63,674 nt of DNA from positions 19,360,432-19,424,105 of the forward strand of contig NC_057749.1 in the NCBI RefSeq assembly GCF_004010195.1, given 5' to 3'. How positions within the stretch are numbered: position 1 is the first letter of the stretch; each line of letters starts with the position of its first letter. The notes under the pieces were generated by a model. The model was not told the origin of the DNA, did not search any database, and saw only the letters and a program-made list of their open reading frames with translations. Below are positions 12,481-25,860 of this stretch, in pieces. Made by a program: the position numbers and the translations under genes. The DNA comes from Chiloscyllium plagiosum (lineage: Eukaryota).

Positions 12481-15400
12481 ATCTGGGTAATCCAAGATGG
12501 AGGACGGGAAAAATTTCTGGCTGTAAGAGCTGCTCCTTTTTTTGAGGTATTTTAGGTGTTGGAGGTGATTTCCTTGAATTCCAGGAGCAGCAATTACTGT
12601 TTTATATGCTGTTGCATTGTTTTGGAACTTTGGGGAAAAAAAAGTCAAAACAACAGTTTAAAAGGGAGAAGAGCAGACAAAGGAAGCACATGGTGAGGAC
12701 AGTGCTGGAGAGAGAGCGAGAACCTGCACAGTTACCGCCTTTGCTGTTTGAATTTGTGTACCGCTGGACATCGGAATGCATCTGGGAAAATTAACAAACA
12801 GTGAAATTCACAACTAATCTTGGAGGAACTGTTGGGCAAAGTTCACAGCACAGAATTAGATAAGTTAATTGTTGTTTTAAGTCTGTCCAAGAGAAAGGCT
12901 GCAATGGTGAGTATAGTGGATTCTTTCTTGATTATATGTTTTTGGAGATAAGTCTCTTGATTAAACTTAAAATATAAGCCATAGCTATTAATTTAACCTG
13001 GGGCAGTGTTTGTAGAGGAAAAAGACGGTGTTGTTTTCTGGGTCTGTAGATTGTGAAGGAGCAAAAATGGCCTTTGCAGTGATATGTACTTCTTGTCAGA
13101 TGTGGGAGTTTAAAGAGAGTTTGAGGGTTACTGCGGATTATATCTGCCATAAATGCTGTTGGATGCGAATCTTATCAGATCGAGTGGATCGGGTTGGAGA
13201 GACTGATAGAAGCGAAGAGGAATTTGCAACAGCAACAGTACGTGATGGATGGCAGTTATAGGAAGGAGGGATGTCTCAGATACAGTCACATAGATGGGTT
13301 AACTCCAGGAAGGGTAAGAGAGGTAGGCAGCTAGTACAGGAGTCTTTTGTGGATATACCCATTTCAAGCAGGTATGCTGTTTTGGAAAATGTAGGGGGTG
13401 ATGGATTCTCAGGGGACTGTAGCACAAACAGCCAAGTTTCTGGTATTGAGACTGGCTCTAATGCAACAAGGGGTACGTCGGCTTCCAATAGATCAATTGT
13501 TTAGGGGATTCTGTAGTCCGAGGTACAGACAAACGTTTCTGTGGCCAGCAGAGAAAAAACAGAATGATGTGTTGTTTCCCTGGTGCCAGGATCAAGGACG
13601 TCTNNNNNNNNNNNNNNNNNNNNNNNNNNNNNNNNNNNNNNNNNNNNNNNNNNNNNNNNNNNNNNNNNNNNNNNNNNNNNNNNNNNNNNNNNNNNNNNNN
13701 NNNNNNNNNNNNNNNNNNNNNNNNNNNNNNNNNNNNNNNNNNNNNNNNNNNNNNNNNNNNNNNNNNNNNNNNNNNNNNNNNNNNNNNNNNNNNNNNNNNN
13801 NNNNNNNNNNNNNNNNNNNNNNNNNNNNNNNNNNNNNNNNNNNNNNNAGGGCAGGCAGGGACAGGGTAGGACTAATAAATTAAACTGCATTTATTTCAAT
13901 GCAAGGGGCCTAACAGGGAAGGCAGATGAACTCAGGGCATGGTTAGGAACATGGGCCCAGGATATCATAGCAATTACGGAAACATGGCTCAGGGATGGGC
14001 AGGACTGGCAGCTTAATGTTCCAGGATACAAATGCTACAGGAAGGATAGAAAGGGAGGCAAGAGGAGGGGGAGTGGCATTTTTGATAAGGGATAGCATTA
14101 CAGCTGTGCTGAGGGAGGATATTCCCGGAAATATATCCGGGGAAGTTATTCGGGTGGAATTGAGAAATAAGAAAGGGATGGTCACCTTATTGGGATTGTA
14201 TTATAGACCCCCCCCAATAGTCAGAGGGAAATTGAGAAACAAACTTGTAAGGAGATCTCCGCTATCTGTAAGATTAATAGGCTAGTTATGGTAGGGGATT
14301 TTAACTTTCCAAACATCGACTGGGACTGCCATAGTGTTAAAGGTTTAGATGGAGAGGAATTTCTTAAGTGTGTACAAGACAATTTTCTGATTCAGTATGT
14401 GGTTGTACCTACTAGAGAAGGTGCAAAACTTGACCTACTCTTGGGAAATAAGGCAGGGCAGGTGACTGAGGTATCAGTGGGGGGGCACTTTGGGGCCAGC
14501 CACCATAATTCTATTAGTTTTAAAATAGTGATGGAAAAGGATAGACCGGATCTAAAAGTTGAAGTTCTAAATTGGAGAAAGGCCAATTTTGAAGAACTAT
14601 TGAAAGCTGATTGGAGGCAGATGTTCGCAGATAAAGGGATGGCTGGAAAATGGGAAGTCTTCAGAAATGAGATAACAAGACTCCAGAGAAAGTATATTCC
14701 TGTCAGGGTGAAAGGGAAGGCTGGTAGTTATAGGGAATGTTGGATGACTAAAGAAATTGAGGGTTTGGTTAAGAAAAAGAAGGAAGCATATGTCAGGTAT
14801 AGACAGGATAGATCGAGTGAATCCTTAGAGTATAAAGGAAGTAGGAGTATACTTAAGAGGGAAATCAGGAGGGCAAAACTGGGACATGAGATAGTTTTGG
14901 CAAATACAACTAAGGAGAATCCAAAGAGTTTTTACAAATATATTAAGGACAAAAGGGTAACTAGGGAGAGAATCAAAGATCAGCAAGGCGGCCTTTGTGT
15001 GGAGCCACAGAAAATGGGGGCGATACTAAATGAATATGTTGCATCAGTATTTACTGTGGAAAAGGATATGGAAGATATAGACTGTAGGGAAATAGATGGT
15101 GACATCTTGCAAAATGTCCAGATTACAGAGGAGGGAATGCTGGATGTCTTGAAACGGTTAAAGGTGGATAAATCACCAGGACCTGATCAGGTGTACCCGA
15201 GAACTCTATGGGAAGCTAGAGAAGTGATTGCTGGGCCTCTTGCTGAGTTTTTGTATCATCGATAGTCACAGGTGAAGTGCCGGAAGACTGGAGGTTGGCT
15301 AATGTGCCACTGTTTAAGAAAGGCGGTAAAGACAAGTCAGGGAACTATAGACCGATGAGTCTGACATCGGTGGTGGGCAAGTTGTTGGAGGGAATCCTGA

Positions 15401-16703
15401 GGGACAGGATGTACATGTATTTGGAAAGGCAAGGACTGATTCGGGATAGTCAACATAGCTTTGTGTGTGGGAAATCATGTCTCACAAACTTGAGTGAGTT
15501 TTTTGAAGAAGTAACAAAGAAGATTGATGAGGGCAGAGCAGTAGATGTGATCTATATGGACTTCAGTAAGGCGTTCGATGAGGTTCCCCATGGGAGACTG
15601 ATTAGCAAAGTTAGATCTCACGGAATACAGGGAGAACTAGCCATTTGGATACAGAACTGGCTCAAAGGTAGAAGACAGGGCGGTGATGGAGGGTTTTTCA
15701 GACTGGAGGCCTGTGACCAGTGGAGTGCCACAAGGATCGGTGCTGGGCCCTCTACTTTTTGTCATTTACATAAATGATTTGGATGCGAGCATAAGAGGTA
15801 CAGTTAGTAAGTTTGCAGATGACACCAAAATTGGAGGTGTAGTGGACAGCAAAGAGGGTTACCTCAGATTACAACAGGATCTGGACCAAATGGGCCAATG
15901 GGCTGAGAAGTGGCAGATGGAGTTTAATTCAGATAAATGCGAGGTGCTGCATTTTGGGAAAGGAAATCTTAGCATGACTTATACACTTATTGGTAAAGTC
16001 CTAGGGAGTGTTGCTGAACAAAGAGACCTTGGAGTGCAGGTTCATAGCTCCTTGAAAGTGGAATCGCAGGTAGATAGGATACTGAAGAAGGTATTTGGTA
16101 TGCTTTCCTTTATTGGTCAGAGTACTAGTACAGGAATTGGGAGGTCATATTGCAGCTGTACAAGACATTGGTTAGGCCACTGTTGGAATATTGCGTGCAG
16201 TTCTGGTCTCCTTCCTATCGGAAAGATGTTGTGAAACTTGAAAGGGTTCAGAAAAGATTTACAAGGATGTTGCCAGGGTTGGAGGATCTGAGTTATAGCG
16301 AGAGGCTGAGTAGGCTGGGGGTGTTTTCCCTGGAGTGTCGGAGGCTGAGGGTGACCTTATAGAGGTTTACAAAATTATGAGGGGCATGGAAAAGGTAAGT
16401 AGATAAAGTCTTTTCCCTGAGGTCTGGGAGTCCAGAACTAGAGGGGCAACCTAAGAGACCTAAGGGGCAACGTTTTTACGTAGAGGGTGGTACGTGTATG
16501 GAATGAGCTGCCAGAGGATGTGGTGGAGGCTGGTACAATGGCAACATTTAAGAGGCATCTTGATGGGTATATGAATAGGAAGGGTTTGGAGGGATATGGG
16601 CCGGGTGCTGGCAGGTGGGACTGGGTTGGGATATCTGGTCGGCATGGACGGGTTGGACCGAAGGGTCTGTTTCCATGCTGTACATCTCTCTGACTCTATG
16701 ACT
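12481..16703 (+). mobile_element. Near full-length HER1/CR1 LINE (5' UTR, ORF1, ORF2 APE+RT), several frameshifts, N gap at 13604-13847
   Basis: ORF1 from ATG 13067 with CxxC..CxxC and esterase-like GDSVVRG / CFPGARIKDV; ORF2 with [44 protein letters not shown]; 3' ctctatgact tail. Confidence 0.95.
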
Positions 16704-16720
16704 GTAAGTGCCCATGGGAT

Positions 16721-18635
16721 GAGGAGGGTGTGCCAAGCAGGCTAAGATAAAAGATAGGGAGAAGGGACTTGGGGGAGGGGCGTTGGAAATGCGATAGGTG
16801 GAAGGAGGTTAAGGTGAGGGTGAAAGGCCGGAGAGGTCGGGAAGAAGATTGCAGGTCAAGAAGGCGGTGCTGAGTCCGAGGGTTGGGACTGAGAAAAGGT
16901 GGGGGGAGGGGAAATGAGGAAGCTGTAGAAATCTGTATTCATCCCTTGTGGTTGGAGGGTTCCTAGGCGGAAGATGAGTCGCTCTTCCTCCAGGCGTCGT
17001 GTTGCCATGGTCTGCGGATGGAGGAGGCCACGGAACTGCATGTCCTTGGCGGAGTGGGAGGGTGAATTAAAGTGTTCAGCCATGGGGCGGTTGGGTTGAT
17101 TGGTGCGGGTGTCCCAGAGGTTTTTCTGAAACGTTCCGCAAGTAGGCGGCCTGTCTCCGCAATGTATCGGAGGCCACATCGGGTGCAGCGGATGCAGTAA
17201 ATGATGTGTGTGGAGGTGCAGGTGAATTTGTGATGGATATTGAAGGATCCCTTGGGGCCTTGGAGGGAAGTGAGGGGGGAGGTGCGGGTGCAAGTTTTGC
17301 ATTTTTTGCGGTTGCAGGGGAAGGTTGGGAGTGGAGGTTGGGTTGGTCGGAGGTGTGGATCTGACGAGGGAGTCGCGGAGGGAGTGTTCTTTCCGGAACG
17401 CTGATAGGGGTGGGGAGGGAAATATATCCTTGGTGGTGGGGTCCGTTTGGAGGTGGCGGAAATGACGAAGGATGATCCGATGTATCTGGAGGTTGGTGGG
17501 GTGGTAGGTGAGGACTAATGGGGTTCTGTCCTGGTGGCGATTGGAGGGGCGGGGTTCAAGGGCAGAGGTGCAGGAAGTGGAGGAGATGTGGTGGAGAGCA
17601 TCGTCAACCACGTCTGAGGGGAAATTGCGGTCTTTGAAGAAGGAGGCCATCAGGGTTGTTCAGTATTGGAATTGGTCCTCCTCGGAGCAGATGCGGCGAA
17701 GGCGAAGGAATTGGGAATATGGGATGGCGTTTTTACAGGGGGCAGGGTGGGAAGAGGTGTAATCTAGGTAGCTGTGGGAGTCAAGTCGGTTTATAGTATA
17801 CGTCCGTGTTGAGTCGGTCGTCCGAGATAGAGATGGAGTGGTCTAGGAAAGGGAGGGAGGAGTCTGAGACGGTCCAGGTAAATTTGAGGTCAGGGTGGAA
17901 GGTGTTAGTAAAGTGGATGAACTGTTCAACCTCCTCGTGGGAGCACGAGGTCGCGCCGATACAGTCATCAATGTAGTGGAGGAAAAGGTGGGGGTGGTGC
18001 CAGTGTAGCTGCGGAAGATGGACTGTTCCACATACCCTACGAAGAGGCAGGCATAGCTAGGGCCCATGCGGGTGCCCATGGCTCCTCCTTTGGTTTGGAG
18101 GAAGTGGGAGGATTGGAAGGAGAAGTTGTTAAGAGTGAGGACCAGTTCAGTCAGTCGAAGGAGAGTGTCAGTGGAAGGGTACTGGTTGGTTCAACGGGAA
18201 AGGAAAAAGGCCTCAAAGCCCTCCGCTTCTTCCTTTCCCACCTAGGAACCCTCCAACCACAAGGGATGAATACAGATTTCTCCAGCTTCCTCATTTCCCC
18301 TCCCCCCACCTTTTCTCAGTCCCAACCCTCAGACTCAGCACCGCCTTCTTGACTTGCAATCTTCTTCCCGTCCTCTCCGCCTCCACCCCCCCGCCAACCT
18401 ATCACCCTCACCTTAACCTCCTTCCACCTATCGCATTCCCAACGCCCCTCCCTCAAATCTCTCCTCCCTACCTTTTATTTTAGCCTGCTTGGCACATCCT
18501 CCTCATTCCTGAAGAAGGGCTTAAGCCCGAAACGTCGATTCTCCTTCTCCTTTGATGCTGCCTGACCTGCTGCGCTTTTCCAGCAACACATTTTTAAGCT
18601 CTGATCCCCAGCATCTGCAGTCCTCACTGTCTCCT
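16721..18635 (-). mobile_element. Penelope-like element: minus-strand RT C-terminal half plus GIY-YIG endonuclease (16721-18207), joined to an inverted plus-strand 3' terminus (18211-18635)
   Basis: Motifs MGTRMGPSYACLF, YIDD, IYCIRC..CGL.YI.ETGR.L.ERF and AEHFN; perfect 14-bp TSD AGTGCCCATGGGAT at 16707-16720 and 18636-18649. Confidence 0.93.
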
Positions 18636-21064
18636 AGTGCCCATGGGATCCAAGGCTATTTGGCATATTGGATCCAAAACTTGCTTAGTAGCAGAGATTG
18701 ATGGTCGAAGGGTGTTTTTATGACTGTAAATCTGGATTTGTTGTCACAAGACATGGTTTGGTGCTGCGTCCCTTACTGCTTGTAGTGTACATTAATGATC
18801 TATACACAAATGTACCAAATATGATCAATAACGTTACATTTAACAAGAAAACAGATAATGTGGTGAACAGCAAGGAGGAAAGCTTTAGATTACAGGATGA
18901 TATAGTTAGGTGGTCAGATGGATTGAACGGCAGCAAAAGAAATTTAACCCTGAAAAGTGCAAGGTGATCAACTTTGGGAAGACTAACCAGGCAAGGGGAG
19001 TGTACGAATGGGGTCGAACCATAGGAAGTACAGAGAATCAGAGGGACTTTAGTGTGGTCCAGACATTCTGGAAGTCAGTAGATCAGATAGAAAAAGGTGT
19101 TTAAGAAGGCCAAGGGATATTTGCTTTTATTAGTCAAGGTACTGAATACAAGAGTAAGAAGGTTATGATGGTTTTGTCCATAACATTAGTTAGGCTGCAG
19201 TGGAGTACTGCATGCAATTCTGGTGATCACATCATAGGAAGGATGCAATTGCACTAAAGAGGATGCAGAGGAGATTAGCTGGTATGTTATCTGGACTTGA
19301 GCAATTCAGCTATGAAGGTAGACAATATAGGCTGGGTATTTTCTCCTTGAAGCAGAGAAGGTTGAAGGTGGATCTGATTGAGTTGTTCAAAGTTGAGGAG
19401 CATAGATAGGACAGATAGGGAGAAACTTTTCCTTTGAGGAAAAAAAACTTTGCTCAATTTGGCAGGTACTACCTAAAAGGCTGGCAAACGTGGCAACTCC
19501 CAAGAGATGCTTGACAACTAGTGCAGATCCAATCAGCTGAAGGGCCTTTTCTATACCGTAAAAACTGACTGTATCTCCTTAATGCTGTAATACAAAATAC
19601 TATTTGTCCACATACAAAAAAACACCTCAAATATGATCAGTGTACATCAACTGAAGCAATGGACTTAACCATTCAAGACGCGAAGCAGTACTTCCTTTAT
19701 AAAAATATTAACAGTGTCATTTAGATAATGCCATAAAATTCACATGTTCTACCCTATAATCCTCAATATTATACAGAAATTGTGACATCTCCTTACCAGT
19801 ACATATTAGCATGTGTTCCCAATATCTACATATCTATTGGCATCTCTCGTTCTAGAAGCAGCCTGTGAGAAACACTTGGATTTTGAATTCCCTTTGGCCT
19901 AACGTTTTAACTAAAAGCTTTGATTAACAAGAACAGCTTAAGCATTGTAGAGGCACTATTCAATAAAATGTAGCTCTAACAGTTTTATGGAGGTTTGAGA
20001 GACAACACCTTCCCTTGGTAGATACTTTTAATCATCAGATAAATGATCAAATACATCTGACCCAAAGGTAGGGACCACTACCAATGAGCCATAATGCTCC
20101 TCCTCCCCTTGAATACATTCAGAATTATAGAGCACATCACGCTTCCCTTTTAGTATGCAGTGTTAAAAGGACACCAGCGAGCAGGCACTCACACATGGGA
20201 AATATGTGTGGGGGTAATATTTTCTGGAAACTGTGAAAGTTAAGTACTAACTGAGTTAATGTAATTCCGCTGGTAACTTGTAAGAAAAGTATACGCAAAT
20301 GGATTCCCCTCTTCATGGATTCAAACCTCGGCTAAATTTACAAAGCAGCATTTAATATCTGATGATGTTCTATGGGATAGAAAGACAGGGATGGCAGAGG
20401 ATTGAACTCTGTAAAATTGTACTGAAATCTTTGCTTTCACATTTCGAATGTCTGTTTTATTTTGGCCTGAATGGTGAGGGTGATAGCATCCAAATGCTGG
20501 AAAATAGTTTCAGAAATCAACATTTATTTGGCAGAGAGATTGGGGTACTCTTCTGATGATAATGTTTGAAATTCCACTCCTGATGTAATTTTGTGTTCTT
20601 TAGATGTTTTCCATTCTAATGTGGCAGGATGTGGGCGTACTCTTGGAGATTAAGTCACAGACTTGTTTTCATATGTCATATTCACAGTCAGGGCTATTGA
20701 CCTTCGTTGGAACTTCTGGTTAGCTTTTGCAGATTTGAGAGACAGTTGTTGCCTTAGCCTGCTCCATATGTCTGCTGATTGTTTCCCATTTTAACACTGT
20801 ATTCGGCCGTGGCCTTAGTTGATCATTCAGGAACAGTTCAAGCATTTTTGCTCCATTACTTGTTGCTTCATAATTGTGTTGCCATATATGTCTCCCAAAC
20901 AAGTGAGTTCCAATCATTGGTATTCATGAATGTTGGCAAGAAGATGAATTAGATCATGATCTAATTAGGCTGAAGTGTTTCAGCACTGTTGGAAAAAGCT
21001 ACATATTTAGAAGATAAAAGCTGTTCTCGGTCTGCGGCAGGACCCGTTTCCCAGGGCGGGTAGG

Positions 21065-21115
21065 TCACCTGCTGCTATTGCAATCACCTGCTGCTGTTGC
21101 AATCACCTGCAGCTG
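21065..21115. repeat. 19-bp tandem repeat (about 2.5 copies) containing three CACCTG and one CAGCTG
   Basis: tcacctgctgctattgcaa tcacctgctgctgttgcaa tcacctgcagctg read directly. Confidence 0.8.
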
Positions 21116-21205
21116 TACTTTCTCCTTTGCAATGTTGTTATTTTTTAGGGCATTCTCGTTGATCTAGTGAGAGTAGTTGACGTCTTTTGAGAGAAACCAT
21201 TTTAC

Positions 21206-21512
21206 TTAGATTTACTTAACAGTGTGGAAACAGGCCCTTCGGCCCAACAAGTCCACACCGACCCTCCGAAGAGCAACCCACCCAGAACCTCTCCCCTCCA
21301 TTTACCCCTTCACCTAACACTGCGGGCAATTTAGCATGGCCAATTCAACTAACCTGCACATCTTTGGACTGTGGGAGGAGACCGGAGGAAACCCACGCAG
21401 ACACGGGGAGAATGTGCAAACTCCACACACACAATTGCCTGAGCCGGGAATTGAACCCGGGTCTCTGGCGCAGTGAGGCAGCAGTGCTAACCACTGTGCC
21501 ACCGTGCCGCCC
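21206..21512 (-). mobile_element. HE1-like V-SINE, full length
   Basis: tRNA head gggcggcacggtggcacagtggttagc with B box ggttcaattccc, V-domain, and a 3' tail shared with the HER1 LINE. Confidence 0.92.
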
Positions 21513-23232
21513 ATAAACACTGTGAATTAACTTAAATTCACAAAGGGGACAAGATGATAGCATTTCAGTAATTGAGTCCGGAGATAGCAATGAAGGAGAA
21601 TTAGGGTTTCAGCTATGGATGGATTAGTGAAGATCCTAAGCAAAAACTTGAATTTTGAAAATGATCATTTTGAAGAAGTCAGCTGGAAGCAGGGTTGGCT
21701 AGAAGTTGCAGAACAGTAGAACAGTAGAACCATTGCAACCATGAGAGGAGCCTGTTGCAGTTCCATTACTAGCTATCTCATTTTACTAGCATTATGATAA
21801 TTTTTATCTTCAATCCAATTTCCATCCTTCCTGTTGAAATCTGGGTGAATTAGTCTCCAGCCCTCCTCTTACCCCTCATTCTTTCATTGTTCAGCACTGT
21901 TAATACTTCTTTTGAGAATTTAGTTAGTGAGTGCTTACAGGCTGTGGGGACATCACAGCCCAACTCATTCAAACCTGAGTGCCACAACTGTTTGAATAAG
22001 CTTCCTTGGTGTTGCTTTTGCCATCTGGGAGTACATGTCATGTGTTTTTCTTTGTCATTATTCAGCAATTCATGTTCATGACTCCCACAGCTGATAATAA
22101 ATTGCATGCTATTCAGTTTAGTGTCATTCTTTTCCATATGGTGTTGAAATGGGCATTTAGCTGACAGTCCATGAAGGAATGGGAGTGGCACTTTGTCAAA
22201 TTTCTCAGTACAAAGCACTTGCCAAGCAGACTATTTTGGGAAACAGCCACCATTCTCAACAGGGAAGGGGTTAGGAGAATCAGGGAGAGGCGCTCCCCAC
22301 CAAGTTCATTACTACTCAGTTACTGCTTTCTGGTTCTTGCTGATTGACTGGTGCAGCCCCATGCTTTGCCAGTGATGGTCACTCCATGCTGCTAAGTTCT
22401 CAATGTTGCCGTAGAAACTGCACATGTCACTGGGGAAAGGAGATTCAGGGATCACTGCGCATCTCTTGTTAAACATAACGTTCAGCACACAACTGGCCAG
22501 GTGGTCCCACTATTCAGAATCACAGAATAATAGACTTGTTACTGCACAGAAAGAGGCTATTCAGCCGTTGTCAGTACTGGTCCATCCACCCAACCACCTG
22601 ATCTTTGCAGTTGTTTCTCACCTTTCCTATCTCCTGGTGCTTATCCAATTCTCTTTGAAAATTATGATTGAATCTGCCTCCACAATACACTCGGGTGAGT
22701 TTAGCCACTCACTGCGTTTAAAAAATGTTCTTTCTCATGTAACCTTTGCTTCTTTTGCCAGTCGCTTTAAATGTTGTGGTTCTCCCGCCTTGGAAGAATA
22801 GAAACCTTTCCTCTTTTTGTACTCCATCTAAGCACCTCCTGATGTTTATTGGCTGTGAACTTCCTTTTTCATAGCCTCCTATTCCTTTCTTCCTTATGTA
22901 CTCAACCAACTTTCCCTTAAATGAATCTATTGTTCTTGGGGTGAAAGAATTACACTTTGAGGACATTTTTAGAGTTTGAGTTTGTATTCCATTGAATTTC
23001 GAAAGTGACGGGGTGTTCTAATTGAGATGATTACGACCCAGTGATCAACCAGAGTTTCAATCGAGTGAGATATGGAAAAGCATCCTCCTCTTGGACTCTG
23101 ACACAGTAAATCCAGCCTGTCTCTTTTCTTGAATCAAGAGGTTTAGGTTGGAAATTCCAAAAGGGTTTCCAATCCTGAAATAAGGTGCTTTACTCTAGCA
23201 CAGTAGAAAATTATTTTGCTTTTATTTCCTAG

Positions 23233-23342
23233 GTCTGGGGACACAAGTGGGCTGATCTATCGGAGCATGGCTTCGGTGTAGCAATACTCAATGACTGCAA
23301 GTATGGATACTCAGTTCATCGCAACATAATGACACTATCCCT
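23233..23342 (+). CDS. MAN2C1: MAN2C1 exon: [37 protein letters not shown]
   Basis: ttcctag acceptor and CT|gtaagt donor; motifs DLSEHGFG and LNDCKYG; continues the frame after a 21.7 kb intron. Confidence 0.96.
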
Positions 23343-24638
23343 GTAAGTACTTGATAACAATTAGAGATTTTTTGCTGTCAAGGAAGTGGCGCTGTCATAA
23401 TCTGCAGGCATGTTCAGATGAAGAAACAGCTCTTGTTACATAAGTAGGAATCTGATAAAATGCTCCTGTGGTGCAATTGATTGAATAGGTTTGAAAATTA
23501 TCTTAACAGGGGCCTGGGGGTTTAGTTCCACCTCGTATAAGAAATATGAAAGGACTGATGAAGCAATTTGTATTGTTTAAACATGCAAAGAAATTCCTCC
23601 TTAGTAACATTTATAAACAGTCTACATTAGCCATATTTTGCTGTTCCATGCAATATCAACTATAAATCATGGTGAGTTATTTAACATCAGCGTGTGTATG
23701 ATGTATTCCCCACACTATTCACTGTGCAGACACAGCAGTTGGAATGAGGAACTGACTCTGACCCATGCTGATTGTGCAATTTCATGCAGCATTTTAATCA
23801 TCACAAAATCTTTGTAGACTTTCAAACCTGTCAGTACAGCAACCCGATGAGGACTGAGATCTGTACTTTAATGAGTGAATTAAACGAAAACTTTTAAGAC
23901 CCCTCCAGAATTCTCAGATTCTGGGCAAAATCACTCTGAAAACGTCAAGGAGCATTTGTGTTAGTTGTTTCAGGAATAATGGAATCAGGCAGGAAAATCT
24001 TGAATGAACAAGATAGCAAGTCAAAAGTTTCTTTAACAACACAGCGCATATATATAAAAAACCATGAGGGTATGGGCTGAGTAGAGGGGGAAAACAAGAG
24101 TGCACAGGTTTAAAGTAATTGGTAAAAGAAGCCAAAGTATCATGAGGAAAAACCTCTCCATGCAGCTAGTGATTAGGATCTGGAATGCACTTCCTGAGAG
24201 TGTGATGGAGGCAGGTCCGATTGAAGCATTCAAAAAGGGAATTAGATTGTTATCTGTAAAGGAAGAACATGAGAGGTTTTAGGAAGAATGGCACTAAGTA
24301 AATTCAGAGAGTTTATGCAAGCACAATGGGCCAAATGGCCTCTGCACTGTAACAATTCTGTGATAAGTAAATGAGGGGCAGGAATGTTTAATTGAAGCCA
24401 CAGGCATTACCTAGGTCATGACAAGCCACTGTCCTCAATGGCTATGTCCACTGCAGCCATGTAATCTCCTGGGAAAGGCAAAAAAGCATGACATAATAAG
24501 GGAGAAAAAGTAAATTCCACTCTGACTACCTGAGGTGACCAGAACTAGTCCAAGGAAGTTGTATGGGCTGAGCACTACAGTGTAATCTCAGTCCCTGGCA
24601 GGGGCTGCTCCAATTCCCTCTTGCTGGTTTTGCAGAGT

Positions 24639-24761
24639 CAAGATCAGGTGGTGCTGGAAAAGCACAGCAGGTCAGGCAGCATCCGAGGAGCAGGGAAATC
24701 GATGTTTCGGGCAAAAGCCCTTCATCAGGACGATTCCAGCATCTGCAGCACCTACTTCCAC
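24639..24761 (-). mobile_element. Penelope-derived family A element with an inverted short terminus
   Basis: 15-bp TSD CTGGT(T/A)TTGCAGAGT at 24624-24638 and 24762-24776; minus-strand CTGATGAAGGGCTTTTGCCCGAAACATC. Confidence 0.85.
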
Positions 24762-25320
24762 CTGGTATTGCAGAGTGTCAGCACCCATCACAAATTCTAG
24801 CTCACTACTTACTGGGAAAGAAACCATCACTTGACATCAGTCCTTCCCACATTTGAGTACTTTAAACGCATGTCCTAGTCTTCCCTATGCCTTTAACAAA
24901 TGAAATAGTTTTAACAGAAATTGGATTAGTCTGCTGTCAGGGCTGCCTGCGCTATAAATCTCCATCAAACCACCTGTGTCCACACTGCTGGACAGTAAAT
25001 GGTGCCTGTCTGAATAACTAAGGCTCCTGAAGGTAGAAATCATTCTTGAATCTTTCCTCTGAATCTTTTCCAAGTAAAGAGGTCTCAACATGGTGGCCTG
25101 TAAAATCAGAGTTGAGATCTTTGTGAAACTATCACCTGTGGTCAGTCCTGTCACAACCTCAGAACTTGATCCTGTGGTGCCTGAACCTGATTCAGATTTT
25201 TTTCCACTTCCATTAGTCCATTTCCAAAGAAGCAAGAAATGAAAGCTGTCTCTGTGTTGTCTAGTACGTGCACACAGTCTTTATTTCTCCCATGAGACAT
25301 TCTCCATATCCTGTTACCGT

Positions 25321-25635
25321 GGGCGGCACGGTGGCACAGTGATTAGCACTGTTGCCTCACAGCGCCAGAGACCCGAGTTCAATTCCCACCTCAGGCGACT
25401 GACTGTGTGGAGTTTGCACATTCTCCCCGTGTCTGCGTGGGTTTCCTCCGGGTGCTCCGGTTTCCTCCCACAGTCCAAAAAATGTGCAGGTTAGGCGAAT
25501 TGGCCACGCTAAATTGCCCGTAGTGTTAGGTGAAGGGGTAAATGTAGGGGAGTGGGTCTGGGTGGGTTACGCTTCGGCAGGTCGGTGTGGACGTGTTGGG
25601 CAGAAAGGCCTGTTTCCACACTGTAAGTAATCTAA
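25321..25635 (+). mobile_element. HE1-like V-SINE, full length
   Basis: A box tggcacagtgattagc, B box gagttcaattccc, V-domain and LINE-derived tail. Confidence 0.92.
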
Positions 25636-25860
25636 TTAATCCTGGACTCATTGATTAACTGACATAGAGGAGGCAGTGTCAGTGGCTTGACAAATCAAAA
25701 GACTTTGCCAGTGACCAGTTGTACCTGGTTTGTTGGTATGTCAGAGAAAATGTGGACAAAGTTAAAAATTACACTACATCAGATTAAAGTATGATTTTTT
25801 TATATAGCTATTTTTATTGAAAATTTAACATGTTTTTACAAGTTTACAAATTTAAAAAAA

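Larger units (their letters stand above)
12181..19570 (+). mobile_element. Old CR1 copy (12181-12480 and 18650-19570) split by younger insertions
   Basis: VPLFKK..RDK.GNYRP at the left resumes as SAHGIQG..WIQN, YIND and RLQDDI at the right; CR1 3' end near 19550. Confidence 0.7.

Noticed and set aside
13398..14095. ORFs spanning the N gap 13604-13847
   Set aside because: Gap read-through inside the LINE ORF1/ORF2 junction.
14288..16362. Reverse transcriptase ORFs as an active or domesticated gene
   Set aside because: Several frameshifts split ORF2; this is an ordinary decayed CR1/HER1 copy.
25321..25395. tRNA gene
   Set aside because: The tRNA-like A/B boxes are the head of a multi-copy SINE, not a cloverleaf gene; the same applies to the other SINE heads.
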